Of a stretch of DNA of 64,000 nt, positions 1-12,462 are shown in pieces. The notes beneath the pieces are model-generated. The model was not told the DNA's origin. It saw only the letters and a list, made by a program, of their open reading frames with translations, and did no database searches. The translations under genes were made by a program, and so were the position numbers. The stretch lies in contig MU058423.1 of assembly GCA_013265495.1 (NCBI GenBank), positions 1,937,061 to 2,001,060 of the forward strand. The letters run 5' to 3'. Position 1 is the stretch's first letter. Each line of letters starts with the position of its first letter. This DNA is from Vicugna vicugna (lineage: Eukaryota).

Positions 1-631
1 TCAGCAGATCCTTCCTTTCCTTTTTGTTCAGAAAAATCCCTGAGATACTTGACTGGGGCCTACCCTGTGTTCATCATTCAAAGGACTTGGAGGGAAGTTC
101 GTCCCTTTGGACCACAGGAGCAGATGGATTAATCTCTGAAGCTAATATGCTTTCAGAACACAGTGACATTTAAATGAAGAGTAAGAACTGTTATGAACCA
201 TCAGTCTCTCAAGGAAAAGAAAGCAATAAATAGCACAGAGGAAGACTAAACAGAACAGAAACACTGTCTGTAGTAATAGAAGGACTAAAGATATTCCAAG
301 TGAGGGTCTTTCAAATAGTGAAAAAAGCATTATATAATACTATCAACATGATCACAGTTTTGTAGAATGAGGGGGAAAAATGTGTATATAGAGTATACAT
401 GCAGATAAAAAAGGGAAAATAATAATAGTGATTGGTAGGATTATAGGATTGATTTCATTTTTATATTTTATACTTTTCTGTATTTCCCACATGTATTGTG
501 TTTATATATTGCTTTTATACATGGAAAAATGATAAGTATTACTTTTTTAGTTGTATCCTAAACCAAACAGCATCTTTACACTGACTGCCATTTGTAACGT
601 TTTCCTGAGTATCGTCCACTTTGCCTTTCAG

Positions 632-692
632 GAACATCATGATCCAGAAACACGATGGCATCACAGTGGCAGTGCACAAAATGGCCTCTTGA
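632..692 (+). CDS. LAMTOR5: LAMTOR5 (HBXIP, Ragulator subunit), last coding exon; the rest of the gene is upstream of the window
   Basis: Acceptor ttgcctttcag ends at 631. Translation from 633 is NIMIQKHDGITVAVHKMAS*, the LAMTOR5 C-terminus as I recall it, with TGA at 690-692. Synteny with SLC16A4 and RBM15 fits. Confidence 0.95.
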
Positions 693-941
693 CGTCTCAG
701 ACCTGTTCCCCAGCAGCCTGTCATAGGGACTCAGTTGTACCTTATGTTAATTATCCTATAGAACTATTAGAGTTCAAGTAATTAGGCCATTCATGTAATG
801 TGTGTTGGACACTTTCCTGTTAATTTTAGAGTAAACTGCTTTTGACACCATGGATTGACTTATCAAAATACTAGTTAAGAAAATATCATGTTTTGAAGCA
901 GTAGGTTTAGGGCACTTTGTATATAGAATTTTGTTATGTTT

Positions 942-947
942 AATAAA
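942..947 (+). terminator. Probable LAMTOR5 polyadenylation signal
   Basis: AATAAA 250 nt after the stop, followed by U/GU-rich sequence. Confidence 0.7.
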
Positions 948-1230
948 TGTGGTTGGAGGAGAGCTTGGCTCTTTTCTGGATTCTTTAAACTCGTATCAGT
1001 GTTTCTTTCTTTCAACTGTCAAATTGGAATTTTTCTAAAAAAGGTGTTCCAAACTGTTCTCTTTCAGAAGCTTCCAGAAATACATAGATTCTCACAGAAG
1101 CATCCATGGAATGTAAAACAAGTTAAACATACTCCTGCCCCACAATAAAAACATAATAGTTGATATCATTAAGTTCTTACTATATGCCAGGAACACATTT
1201 AATTCTCATTAATAACCCTTTATAGGTTCT

Positions 1231-1680
1231 CAGTAGCAAAGAGGTAGAAGCAACTCAAATGTCTATTGATGGATGAATGGATAAACAAAATGTGGAATAT
1301 GCATACAATGAAATATTCAGCCTTAAAAAAGGAAGGAAATTGTTGACAGATGCTACAGAATGGAGAACTCTTGACATTATAAGTAAAATAAGCGAGTCAC
1401 AAAAAGAAATACTGTATGATTCCACTTATATGAAGTACCTAGAACAGTCAGATTCAAAGTAGAACAGTGGTTGCCCGAGGCAAGAAGAAATGGAGTGTTA
1501 CTGTTTAATGGGTACAAAGTTTCAGTTTATAAGATGAAAATTGTAGAGATGGGTGGTGGTGATGCTTGAACAACATCAACGTACTTAAGACGCTAAACTG
1601 TACGCTTAAAAATGGCTAAGATGGTAAATTTGTTGTTGTATTTTACCACAGTGAGACAGTTTTAACGAAAAAATAAACAT
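1231..1680 (+). mobile_element. Old L1 (L1M/L1MB-like) 3' fragment
   Basis: Typical L1 ORF2-end/3'UTR motifs: gatgaatggataaacaaaatgtgg, tgtatgattccacttatatgaagtacctaga, gcttaaaatggctaagatggtaaattt. Confidence 0.85.
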
Positions 1681-3744
1681 GAATAAACCAGCACAATTAC
1701 AAGACAAAGATAACTTATAAAAGTGAGAAAGACTGAAAACCTCAAAATAGAAAATTAGAAAACAGTCCAATAGCAACAAAAACAATACATTTAGGAATTA
1801 CCCTGATAAATAATGAAAAAGAACTTTATGAAGAGAAAGTAGGGATTAAAAAATGAGCAGAACTAAATAAATAATATAATGCAACAAAAAGATCAAAACT
1901 GCAAAGAATTTTTCTGGGACTAATGTGCTAATAAAGATGCCAGTGTGGATTTTTTTGGTGAACCTGACAAACTCTTTAATATTAATGGAAGAATAAAGGT
2001 TCATAAGTAGTCAAAAAAAAAAAACCCTCACTCTATATGGTAGGTACTCTCATTTGCCCCCTTTTCCATTTGTGTAACTAAAGCTAAGTAAGGGATTAGC
2101 AGAGTCACCATTTGGACTTAAGACTGTCTCAAAGCCTTAGATTTCTAACACCCAGACCACTGCAGAAATCTGTATATTTGGCCATAAAAAAAAATCTACC
2201 ATTTGAAAATGTAGAACATTATCTTCTCTTCAGCCTTTATTTTCATCAACAGAATGGTGCCCAAGCAGGTACAAAAGACCTCATTTTGTTGAATTTGAGT
2301 GCAGCTCCTGTTGCTCTTTAGCAATTTAGTATTTGACAGCCTTTTAAAGTCTCCAGAATATGATTTATTCAAAAATAACAAGCACCTACAAAAAAAAGGT
2401 GCTCTGTGAGGATATGAGATTTTGAATGAGACATGGCTCTAGCCTTTGAGCTTGTACTTGATAGAGACATGCATGTCTTTTGTCTTCTCCCTACTTACCA
2501 ATCCCTGACGTGGAGCCCCTGTGTTTGTATTATTGTCTGTCTCCCCCACTAGCATAGACGTTGTGAGAGCAGATGGGTCATTTACAGATGCATCCCAAGC
2601 ACTTAGAACAGTCCTAGCACACAGTAGGCGCTGAATAAATACGTGCCAAATAATGAATATATAACAAATAGAAGGGAGTTTTGTGGCATGAACTGGGCCT
2701 TTCCAGGCAAAGGGAATGGCAATGGCAAAGACAGGTGATAAACCAAAAGGGATGTTTATGTAATATGAAGTGCTTTAGTTTGGTCTGTGAGGTAGGAGGT
2801 GAAAAAGCTGGAAGGTAGGGCAGCTACCTTGAGGAACTTGAGTACCTGCTTTTTAAGCATCCCAGGCCTTATTACCCTGTTAGCAGAATGGGGTCTGAAC
2901 AAGTGAGGGTCAAAGTTGAGTTTTAAGATGAATCTGAGGTAGACTGACCTCATTTTTTCCCAAAGAGAAAAACTTCTGGCTTATTTTTATATCTCCAATT
3001 CCTAGCTCAGAGTAATAGCCAACCTTTAGTGAGTTTTTGCTACATGCTAGATGCATGGTAAGCAATTTACTTACATTCAGCTCATTTAATTCTCTTTTTT
3101 GAAGTATCATCCCCATTTTAGGCAGGAAGAAATAGGCTCAGCATGATAAAGTAATTAGCTCAGGATAAAATATGGGAGACAATTTTTAAAAGTTGGCAGA
3201 AAGGGAACTAAAGAAAATGAATCAAAGACAACTGAACTATCCAGATGATGAAGAACTGGGTGCCTAGAAGCAGCTAACTCAGGGAAGGATTATGGGGAGA
3301 AGATGGCTGGGTCTGATTTTAGATTATGTTGAAACTGAATATTCTGACAGGATATCCAGGTGGTAATGTTCAATAACAAACAGGTATTGGGCGCTCCCTA
3401 TGTACCTCCCTTCAGGGACCTCCCATTGCATATAGAACAAAATCCAAAGCTGTTACCATGGTCTGCTAAACCCCGCATGACCCAGCCCTGCAAACCCATT
3501 GTGCCAGATCTCATGCCACTCTCTGCCTACACATAGCCTCTCTCTCTAGCACAGTGCCTGGTGTATAGGAGGCAACTTTATTGAATGATATGAATAAATG
3601 AACATACTCTCACGCTTCATAAGGACCTTTGAGGTAGGGTATAGTGCACCCAATTGCATTGGTGAAACTTAAGACTTATGCTGGAAAGAACTCAGGGCTG
3701 GAGATGGCCGATTTTCTAGTCTGTACAGAGCTGAAGCTAAAGAT

Positions 3745-4616
3745 TGCATGGGGGTTTCCAAGACCACCTCTGTGATGGTTAATTTTACATGTCAATTTGA
3801 CTGGGCCAGGGGGTGCCCGAATATTTGGTTAAACATTATTTCTGCGTATGTGTGTACCAGTGTTTCTGGATGAGATTAACGTTTGAATCAGACTAAAGCA
3901 GACTGTCCTCCCCACTGTGGGTGAGCCTCATCCACTGAAGACCTGAATAGAATAAAAGGCGAAGTAATATAGAATTCTTTCTCCTTGCCGGACTGTCTTC
4001 CAGCTGGGACAGTCTTTTGCCTTCGGACCCAGCCTCAGACTGGAACTATGCCATTGGCTCTCTGACTGCAAATCTTTGATTTCTCTGCCTCCGTGATTAC
4101 ATGAGCCAATTTCTTATTGTAAGTCTCCATCCTATTGGATCTGTTTTTGTTTCTAATACAACATCCCAGGTTTGATGTTTCCTTAGGAGGACCCACAGGA
4201 CTTGGCATTATCTTATTTACATGGTTTATTACAGAGGAAAGATACAAAGCAAAATCAGCAAAGGGAAAACGCACATGGGGCAAAGCCCAAAAAAAGCAAG
4301 AGAAAGCTTCCAAGAATTCTCTTTTAGTGAAATCAATCACACAGGATACACTTAATTTCTCCAGCTATGAGTTGTGACAACACATGTGAAATGTTGCCAC
4401 CAGGGAAGCTCGTTAGAGATTCAGTGCCCAAAGTGCCCTGATCACATGGGCATCCTCTCCCTGGACTGCTCTCAAAATTCTAGACTCCCAGGAGGAAAGC
4501 AAGTATTCAACATAAACCATATTGTTTATACAAATAGTTTAAGCAGAGTGATCCACTCTTACAATTTAAGGAATGGTGGGAACCCTCCTCCCAACATCTT
4601 AACTCTTTTCTGCACA
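3745..4616. mobile_element. MER21/MER77-like solo LTR, interrupted by an MLT2 LTR
   Basis: Motifs ccaagaccacc...caggtttgatg...aggaggacccacaggact and aaagcaaaatcagcaaagggaaaa. TG...CA ends. Flanks aagat/aagag look like a decayed 5-bp TSD. Confidence 0.7.
3771..4160 (+). mobile_element. MLT2 (ERVL) solo LTR
   Basis: Starts tgtgatggttaatttta..tgtcaatttgactggg and ends ctaataca. Flanked by acctc/acatc (5-bp TSD, 1 mismatch). Confidence 0.85.
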
Positions 4617-6188
4617 AAGAGTGAGGACAAGGAAAGACGTAGCTAAAAATAAAACCTCAATTCTAGATGGTAGTGCTGTATTTTACTCTAAGTCCCTAAG
4701 TGCTAGAAAGTATTCATGGCTGTATTTGTCAGGGGAGTGAGGGTAATAGTAGTGATTTATGAAATCATGCTTGAATTCAGCATTCTTGCTGAATAACTTT
4801 AGGGCCAAGAGTTAGAAAGTCAGAGGTTGATTGGGTACTGATGCCAAAATGTTAACATCCTAATAATGGTTTAAGAATCTTTGCTCTTGATATTAAGCCC
4901 CATCTGATTAATAAGAAACATTTTTAATAAACCAAGTACCAACAGTGGGTCCGTTAATGTGCAGTCACTATATATATATAGTCATTCCTCACAACAAACT
5001 TGCAAATATTATTAGCCACATTTTATAGGTTTGGAAACAGATTCAGAGAGGGTAACTTGCCCACAGTCTGCAGGCTTAAATAATGGCTAAGTTGAGATTC
5101 TAACCAAGTCTGCAGTTCCCATCATACCTCAAAGCTTTCTGTATGAAAGATATGTTTCAAGAGGTTCGTGTCTGGGACCTTGCAGCCCTCCTAGCCTCTA
5201 TGAATGACTCCTTGTTCTGCCACCTTTCAAATCTGATCCAGCCCTCAGCATCAGAGCTCTCTAGCAGTATAAAGCTAGCCTCATGTCATGTGGCAATCAG
5301 AATCATAGATAGCTCTGTTTTAAAAGAGCAGCAAGACCCCATCAAAGAAAAAAACCAAAAACCAAAAAAAAAAAACCCAAAGTCTTGAGATGTTTACCAA
5401 AAGCGCTTTCTAGAGTATGTTAGTAACTACAAACAACTCTGAAAGACATTCCCCTTTCCTCTTTTGGGTTTTGTCTTCTGCGGAAGGTTTGTTTGATCCT
5501 TACCACCAGCACCACGTAACTGCATCATCTTTTCCACTGTTACACTTAGAGGGCATCTTCCCAAACCACCAAGCTCTGCTTCTGCTGGCGCTTCAATCAA
5601 AAAGTACTGAGTTGGTTTTAAGAGCCTGAGAAGCCCCTCGCTTTTTAAAAAGGAATCTGCATAAATATGTGCAGATTTTCCAGATAAAACAAGAAAAACA
5701 CTCTTTGGTGTAAAATACACTCTGGTTTAAAACCTGGAATGTTGGTGCTGGGGAGATGAAAGGCAATTTTCTGTTGACTTTTTTTTTTTTTTTTTGATGT
5801 GTAGGGTGGAGCAGAGGAAGGAAATGGGATAAGAAATCTGAATTATCCCAGTAGTTTTCTCAGAGACCCAGCCTTAACCATTTCCAAAATGCAACAGAAA
5901 AAAGGTTTCATTAAAAGTATAAAAATACACCTTTCATGGGAAGTGTTTGGTAATCAAGTATAAAACAGTAATTAAAACAGGGCCTGGAACGCCAAAATAC
6001 AAACCAGAATCTTCAGTCATTACACAGAAGGTCACACAAATGGGCTGACCATTGCCATTTGTAGCCCAGGAAATGTAGCTCCCAACTCTGGGAGAGCTGT
6101 ATGCGTTCTGTAAAATAAGCATGTCCCCAGGAACAGCAAAGGCGTGGGTATCAGGGTTCTGGGGCCCCATCCCCTGCCTTGAGCATAG

Positions 6189-6530
6189 CGTTAAAGGAAA
6201 AACTGAGGCATATTAAAACTGATAAGAGTTTATTTCAGCAAAAATGTATTTGAATCAGGCACTGACAAACCAGAAGAGGTTAGCAGCACTCTACCATCAG
6301 GAGCTCGGCAAGAGGATTTTACAGAGAAAATACAGAAGCAAAGCAAGGAAATGACTGATCGGCTACGGCTTACAGCCTAGTTGGCTGTTTGTGATCGGTT
6401 TCCCTTAGATTTCAATTTTGCAACCTTGAGGCATTTCCTGGCTTAGGTTTTGGTTTGCTTATGTAGGACACACAGCACCAGGGCCACCTCAGTCTAATGG
6501 CTTCCTGTTGCTTTAGCTAAGAGGCTTGTT
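6189..6530 (-). repeat. 3' LTR of the provirus (inner boundary approximate)
   Basis: Aligns by eye with 10684-10998 (aactgaggc.tat.aaa...gtttattt.agcaaaaat...ggctgtttg). Contains a minus-strand AATAAA. Confidence 0.8.
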
Positions 6531-6939
6531 AATTTCTTGTATTTGCTACGCTGCCAGAGGTGTCAATTCAGGTACAGCAGGAGGTGTTTGCTGTGGGCAC
6601 AGACTCTTCCCTGTTCAGCCGACAAGTAAGCTACAGTAATTCTGTCTAAAACTATCTTACCAAGAAAGCCGAGGGACTTTCGTTGTGTAGCTCTGGCCTT
6701 AGCAAGATTCAGCAATAGTTGCCAGAGTTAAGGAGCACTGTCTTCCCGTGCATTAATGGAGAGAAAAGAGCAAGGAGTGAAGGCAAAAGGAGTAAAGGTT
6801 TCAAATGAGATGAAGATAATGATCTGTGCTTTCCAGAAAGCTGTCTACCTCAAGATGTTACCTGCTTCTAGGCAGGAACCTCCCTAGCCAAATTTAATTT
6901 TAGGTCTCCAATTGTGTGCAGTTCCAAGAGTCTGCGAGA

Positions 6940-7030
6940 GACCTTTTAAACAGGGAGAAATGAACCCAAGGTTTAAGGCCCTGAAGTTTGGCTGCTGACC
7001 TGGTATGGGCTCTTCTAAGGAGGTTCAAGG
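6940..7030 (-). pseudogene. Retroviral integrase C-terminal remnant
   Basis: Minus strand reads roughly P*KSPYQV / AAKLQGLKPWVHF across a frameshift, matching the gammaretroviral WKGPYQVLLT..AxKL.G..WIH motif. Confidence 0.65.
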
Positions 7031-8885
7031 GCAGCCTCTGTTCTTAGTGATTTCAGATCAGAAGGGTGGGAGACAGTTGGACATCTTGGTTTGGAGAGTA
7101 GTCAGGTGTTTGAGAAAATCAGAAGAATTCACGATAAAGTCTGGTTTACAGGCATATAGCAAACCCTCAAAGACAATGGAAAGAACTAGAATCTGGTTCC
7201 ACACGGTTGTATTACAGTTTTCTATTGAAACATAGTTTTTCTCTCTACAATCACCCTCATTTCTATCGAAGATAATCATAGTAAGACTAATTTGTTTGCA
7301 AAGTAAATCTAGTCTCATTAAACTTGGCCTGATTGTTTACACAGATGCAGTAAGAACAGACATTGAACTATATATAGGCTCTTTTAAAATCTGCTTTGTT
7401 AGAACTTTTCATAAGGAATGTGAGTTTGAATTTTTAAAGGCTCCCCAGACTAAAAAGCCAAGTCAAGGATTTGTTATCACACTTCACCTGGAATACATAT
7501 AGGTTTGGGTGACTTCCTCTCTTCTCAAGATCCCCAAGACAGCATGAAGTTCCTGGGCCTGCCACGAAGTGATCTTCCTTACTCACCGGGTAAGGCTTCT
7601 GGGAACCCTGTAAACAAGATATCAGGACAGTTTTTCTAAGGAGCTTTATTTCCTCCATAAAGTTTTTAGTTCCTTAAAACTGGTCATAACTGACTTTATG
7701 CACATTCTCAAATATGACATTCCAGTCAAAGCCTTGGTAATATAACACAGTGTTTCCAACTGTGTCCTGTTATAAGGACATATTCTCATTAGGCTTATGT
7801 AAATCAGTATTTTGCCATGAAAATAAGAATACACAAATTTCCAAATTCTGGAGGGATCAGACAGGGGAAAAAAGTAAATATTTCACTTTCATTTACAAAG
7901 GTATACTTTACCAAATTGCCTTAAGTCATAAAAGAGAGAAAATTTTCCTTAAATCTGGAAAACAAAACATTAAGGAATTAGTAAATTTTCAAATAAAAAG
8001 TTGTAAAAAAGTATAATCATCCTCATCATTTCATTTAATCTCTTGTTATTAATTCTTGTTCAGCTTGAATCCATTTTTTTCCTTAGCTCTGGAAATTCTC
8101 ACCTAGTTCACTTTTATGATCTTGAACTTATCAGAAACCTGTTTTCTAGAGTACTTGTCAGAGTCCTTTCCATGAATCTCTCTAAAGACAAAGCACTTCT
8201 GTGAAAGCATCAGAGTAAAACAATAACTCTCTGAAAATTATAAAAAGACTTAAAAATCCTTCCAAACCTTTCTTTAAAACACATTCTACTTTCCTTCCTA
8301 CTTTTCACACACAGTTGTTTTCTTTCACCTTTGTATTTCTAAGTAGGTTGTAATTACATATGATTGGAATTCTCAACCCTTAGAATCTTTAGCTTCTAGT
8401 GAAAACTAAGAAGTAAGCCACTGTGGACTGCCTGTTACACTAGTATTCTGCGGACACTGGCACATTTATAAATGTATTTCATAACTTCTAGAAGTATATT
8501 CTTCCTTATAGTAAATTTTTCAATGTGGCACAAAACATGTTTAACAATAAGCTCAAATATCTTTAGTTCCTCTGTGATAAGAAGCCAAAAATAGATAAAT
8601 TTGGTTCAATATTTAATCTTATTTGGAAATAACCTAGATAGTCAATGAACATGTGTCATCTAACTTAGCTTAGCATAACTTTCACCTAGTTTCCAAATAG
8701 CCCCACATACCCTTTTGTTTTAGTCCTTCTAGTAAGAATCACCGTGCTGAAGTCTGCATTTCAAAGAAATGGCTCTGGGGTCCTAGAACACTTGAGATGT
8801 AGAACACTTACATCTCAAAGTTCAAAGGCACAGAGAAAGGATGTCATTTCCACCAAGAGGACTCTATTCCCTAAATCCAGATGTT

Positions 8886-9302
8886 TTACAATATCTGCAA
8901 CCCTCTGAGATGAATAGAGGAGGTTTTGAGATTGGTAAAAAGGCTAGATGGACTTTGAATTATTTCTAGAACTGCATTTCTATTCTTGTCAAGACTTGAT
9001 TTGTGGACAAGTACAGTTGTTTTGAATCGAGGTTTCAAATAGGAGAGGAAGATCCCGATCCAGGATCTCAGGAAAGCTGTCCACCTCAAGATGCTATCTG
9101 CTTCTGGGGAGGAACATTCAGAGCCAATTTTAATTTTAGGTCTTGACATCAAGAAGTCAAATGGACCCACCCATCCAACTATATTATCTTCAACTTGTTT
9201 CCTTATGTCAGGGAAATTTCCAACTAAGATGGAAATTAACAGATTCCTATGTTCCAGATTTAGAGCTGTGAGTCTTTGGAACGTTTTAGCAAATCCTTCC
9301 AC
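8886..9302 (-). pseudogene. Retroviral gag (capsid C-terminal) remnant
   Basis: ORF contains FPDIRKQV...VGW, similar to the ERV1 capsid PDIRxKL motif. It lies between the PBS and the integrase remnant, as expected. Confidence 0.5.
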
Positions 9303-10661
9303 AGAGGCTTTAGAGTGTTTTTCTTTCCCTCTGGGTACATAATTTCATTTCAGCTTAGGGGAGAAGGCCTAAAAAAAAAAAAAACTCCTACCAGGCTCTC
9401 AATATCAGCTTCCAAAATGGCCAACTTTTAACCACAAAGCTCACCAAAAAAAATCCTTTGAAATATCTTATTCACATGTTTTAGGTGGGACAAAGAGTAA
9501 CTATACCTGGCAGTTGAACTTTTCTTTTTCTTTTACTTTTCAAAGGTATCTCTATCAAATAACTCAAAACCAAAACCGAGGCTTAAACATGGATGTAAGA
9601 GGCATCCCCAAGGAAGCTGAAAAAGATACAATCCCTGCATCCCCATGATCCAGAGCACCTCCCAAAGATAACCAAAGACTTAGACAACTCCCCTGACAGT
9701 GGGCGACAGTTGGTAGAACACTAGCCACAAACACGGAGCAACCCACATTTCAGTCCAGCCATATTTTGGGGGCCCCCAACCTGACAGTTGGGCTGCCTAT
9801 GCACATAAGAACTGCCAACCTGCATGCCCTGATGGGCAGAAAGCCAAGCCAAGTTCTCACGACACAAAACAAGATAAATGAGAAAGCCATAGCGGTCCCT
9901 GGGAGGGAAAGGATCCATAAACAGTGGGGAACCCAAACGAAAATTCACAAGCCCCGATTCAAAGATTTAATTCTTACCAGTGTTTTTCTTCTGCCAATCT
10001 GACTCTAGAATGGAAGGAACCTTCCATTTACCTTCCTTTCTCAACCAGGCACCACAGGTGGAGATCCAGGAGCACCAACTTGGGTAAGAATTCTCACCCT
10101 CTGTGGGCTTGTGCCAGTTTTCCCGGGATCCCATCTGCAGACTCTAAAGCAAGTGGGGTGTCCCAGCAGGTCTCATCCTGACTACCAGAAATTGTAAAGG
10201 AGGAAACATAATTTTCCCTCTACCCTTTATAATAAGTGCTTGGCTGAGACTCCTTTTTCTCTAGGGTGCCTCACAAATGGATAAACTAATCAAGGTAAAA
10301 GTTCTCCACTGTGGCCTCTGTACTACAAGATTATTTTTGGTAAGATTCGCCTAATGGTTCACGCTTAAAACCAAAGTTTATTCACCTGAGGCCTCACACA
10401 GGCCCAATTCAATTTAAGTCAGGCCTAGTCTCACCCTGACCCAGTCTGGTTTTTAAGTCAGACCTGGTCCGAGTCCAGCCAGTTTCTGGACCCAGGCCAG
10501 AAAAAGAGATGCTCAAATAAAGCCCGACAGTTCACAGTGCAAAAGCTGCGGAGCTGGGAGGGGACAGGAACTCACCTTCACCTCCGGAGGCTGCAGGAAA
10601 GCAGCTTGCCCAGTGAGCTCAGCGGGTACCTAGGCTGGCTGCTCAGGGTTTCCTTCTTTTG

Positions 10662-10679
10662 TTTCCGCTTCTGACACCA
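10662..10679 (-). other. Primer-binding site, tRNA-Leu type
   Basis: Minus strand TGGTGTCAGAAGCGGAAA, 4 nt after the LTR's CA end. Complementary to the tRNA-Leu 3' end (…CCCACTTCTGACACCA) with a few mismatches. Confidence 0.8.
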
Positions 10680-10683
10680 GAAC

Positions 10684-10998
10684 TGTTAAAAGATGAACTG
10701 AGGCGTATAAAACATTTTAAGTGTTTATTTGAGCAAAAATCGATTCAAACTGGGCAGCATCAAACTGGAAGATGTTAGGAGCCCTCCATCACCAGGAACT
10801 CGGAAGAGACTTTGAGATAAGGCAGACGCAAAGGGAGGAAGCTACTGGGCTATAGCTTAGCTCAGCTGGCTGTTTGCAACTGGTCATTGTTAAGTTTCCA
10901 TTTTGTAACCCTGTTTCCACTCTGGTTTCTTTATACAGGCCACCATGGCATTACAGCCACCTCCAGCGTGATGACCTCTTGGTTTAATTACTTTAACA
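10684..10998 (-). repeat. 5' LTR of the provirus
   Basis: TGTTAAA/TTTAACA inverted termini, adjacent PBS, flanking TSD. Confidence 0.85.
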
Positions 10999-11184
10999 AT
11001 AGTTACCCTGAGGATTTTCTACTTGGTTTACTTTGACGCTTGCTTTTGAGCCTATGGTGAAAAAAGTCTACCTTCTGGGTCAGGGTGGGTAGAGGGAGGG
11101 CCTAGGACAATGTCAAATCACAGCCTTTTCTCCTCCCCTCAGGAAGTAAAGTCCACCAGAAGCAGAGCCTTAACTGGCTCTAAC

Positions 11185-11337
11185 CCTGGGCTCTTACAAT
11201 GCTGGCTTGTTTTCACGGTGCAGCACAGTGAAATGCCTCAGAAAAAGAGTAACGTTCTGGAAAGCTGTATAATTTATTTTTCTTCCCAGATTGCCTCAAG
11301 TCTGCGGAGGATTCCCTTGCTGAACGCCACTTCGAAG
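11185..11337 (+). other. SLC16A4: SLC16A4 non-coding exon 1 (5' boundary approximate)
   Basis: Resembles the human SLC16A4 5'UTR as I recall it (GGCTCTTACAATGCT...GAAATGCCT.AGAAAAAGAGTAAC...GCTGAAC.CCAC.TC.AAG). Ends in donor AAG|gtagga. Confidence 0.7.
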
Positions 11338-12462
11338 GTAGGATGAAACGGGACTGTGTTGGGGTTGGTCTTCTACAATGTTTGGAATGACCAGCATCTC
11401 TCCCAGACAGGCAGCCCTTCCACACGCCCCGCTGGCAGATTCTCCCTTCCAGGAAGAAACAGCCTGCTTGCCAGCCTCCCGGTGGCAAATAGAGAATGTT
11501 GCCCCACTCCGTCAGAACGCTTACATTTTCTTTGTGGTATTTCTCTGTATACATGTATCTTACTAAACCACTTGTGAAAGGGTAGCAGACATTCTGTGAC
11601 ACTTCACTCCTAAATATCTGTTGGCACACGTCTCCTAAGAACAAGCATATTCCCCTGCAGAAGCACACAACCACAATAATACCCAAGAGATTCAACCTGG
11701 TCTACGATTCAGCCTTTATTCGAATTTCCCCAGCTCCCAAAGTCCTTTCCCATTTTTTTCTGATCTGGGACTCACTCGAGGAACAGTTGTGGCATTCTGT
11801 TGTCATGTCTATTTAGTCCCTTAGAATATTTTCATTTTAGCAAAAGCTGCGAAAGGAAATCTCTAAACCTGAGGCTCCCTAACCCCTTTTTATTTCTCTT
11901 AAGTCAAGAGCTTACCCGGAGGACCAGAGGGTGGTACACAGCTTCTCCTAGGATTTGGCTTGCCGACCTGGGGGAAGGACCGTGGGAGCAGTGCCCACCC
12001 CACAATCAATGAGGTCAGGCTTTGCAGCTAATTCCTGCCTGAAATGAACTGAGTGGTCACCTTTCAGTGGCCGTTCAAAGTGGTGGAAGAGAGATTGCTG
12101 CTGTGGCTTTGATGTCCCTCAAATCACAGCCTTTCATTATCTTTGACTCACTTTTCCCATGGCTCTGCCTGAATCATGATTATGGAGTAAACAGGGATAA
12201 GTTACATTTATATGTAACTAAGGACATACTCCAAGAGAACTGTCAGAGCCATGTTGACTTGCCAGGGGAAGCCAGGCAGCAGACCTCCACAAAAATCCCC
12301 CAAATGGTACAAAGCCCTGCTTGTATATTTGAGGTTGAGATCGAGAGCCTATAAACAACTTTAGAAATGAGAAGAAATCGTCTATTTTTAAAGAGGTGGG
12401 CTGAAAAAGACAAAAGTACAGTACAAGTGGTTTTATACCACAGAGAAAAAGAAAATTTAAAC

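Larger units (their letters stand above)
6189..10998 (-). mobile_element. Degenerate, internally deleted ERV1/MER4-group-like provirus with two LTRs
   Basis: Diverged direct repeats at about 6189-6530 and 10684-10998, with TGTTAAA...TTTAACA termini on the latter. ATAG TSD at 6185-6188 and 10999-11002. tRNA-Leu-type PBS on the minus strand. Gag and integrase remnants inside. Confidence 0.85.

Noticed and set aside
551..781. 76-aa ORF as a separate gene
   Set aside because: It overlaps the LAMTOR5 last exon in a different frame and has no support of its own.
6189..10998. Intact or domesticated retroviral gene (gag, pol or env)
   Set aside because: LTRs are highly diverged, the longest internal ORF is 138 aa, and the remnants contain stops and frameshifts.
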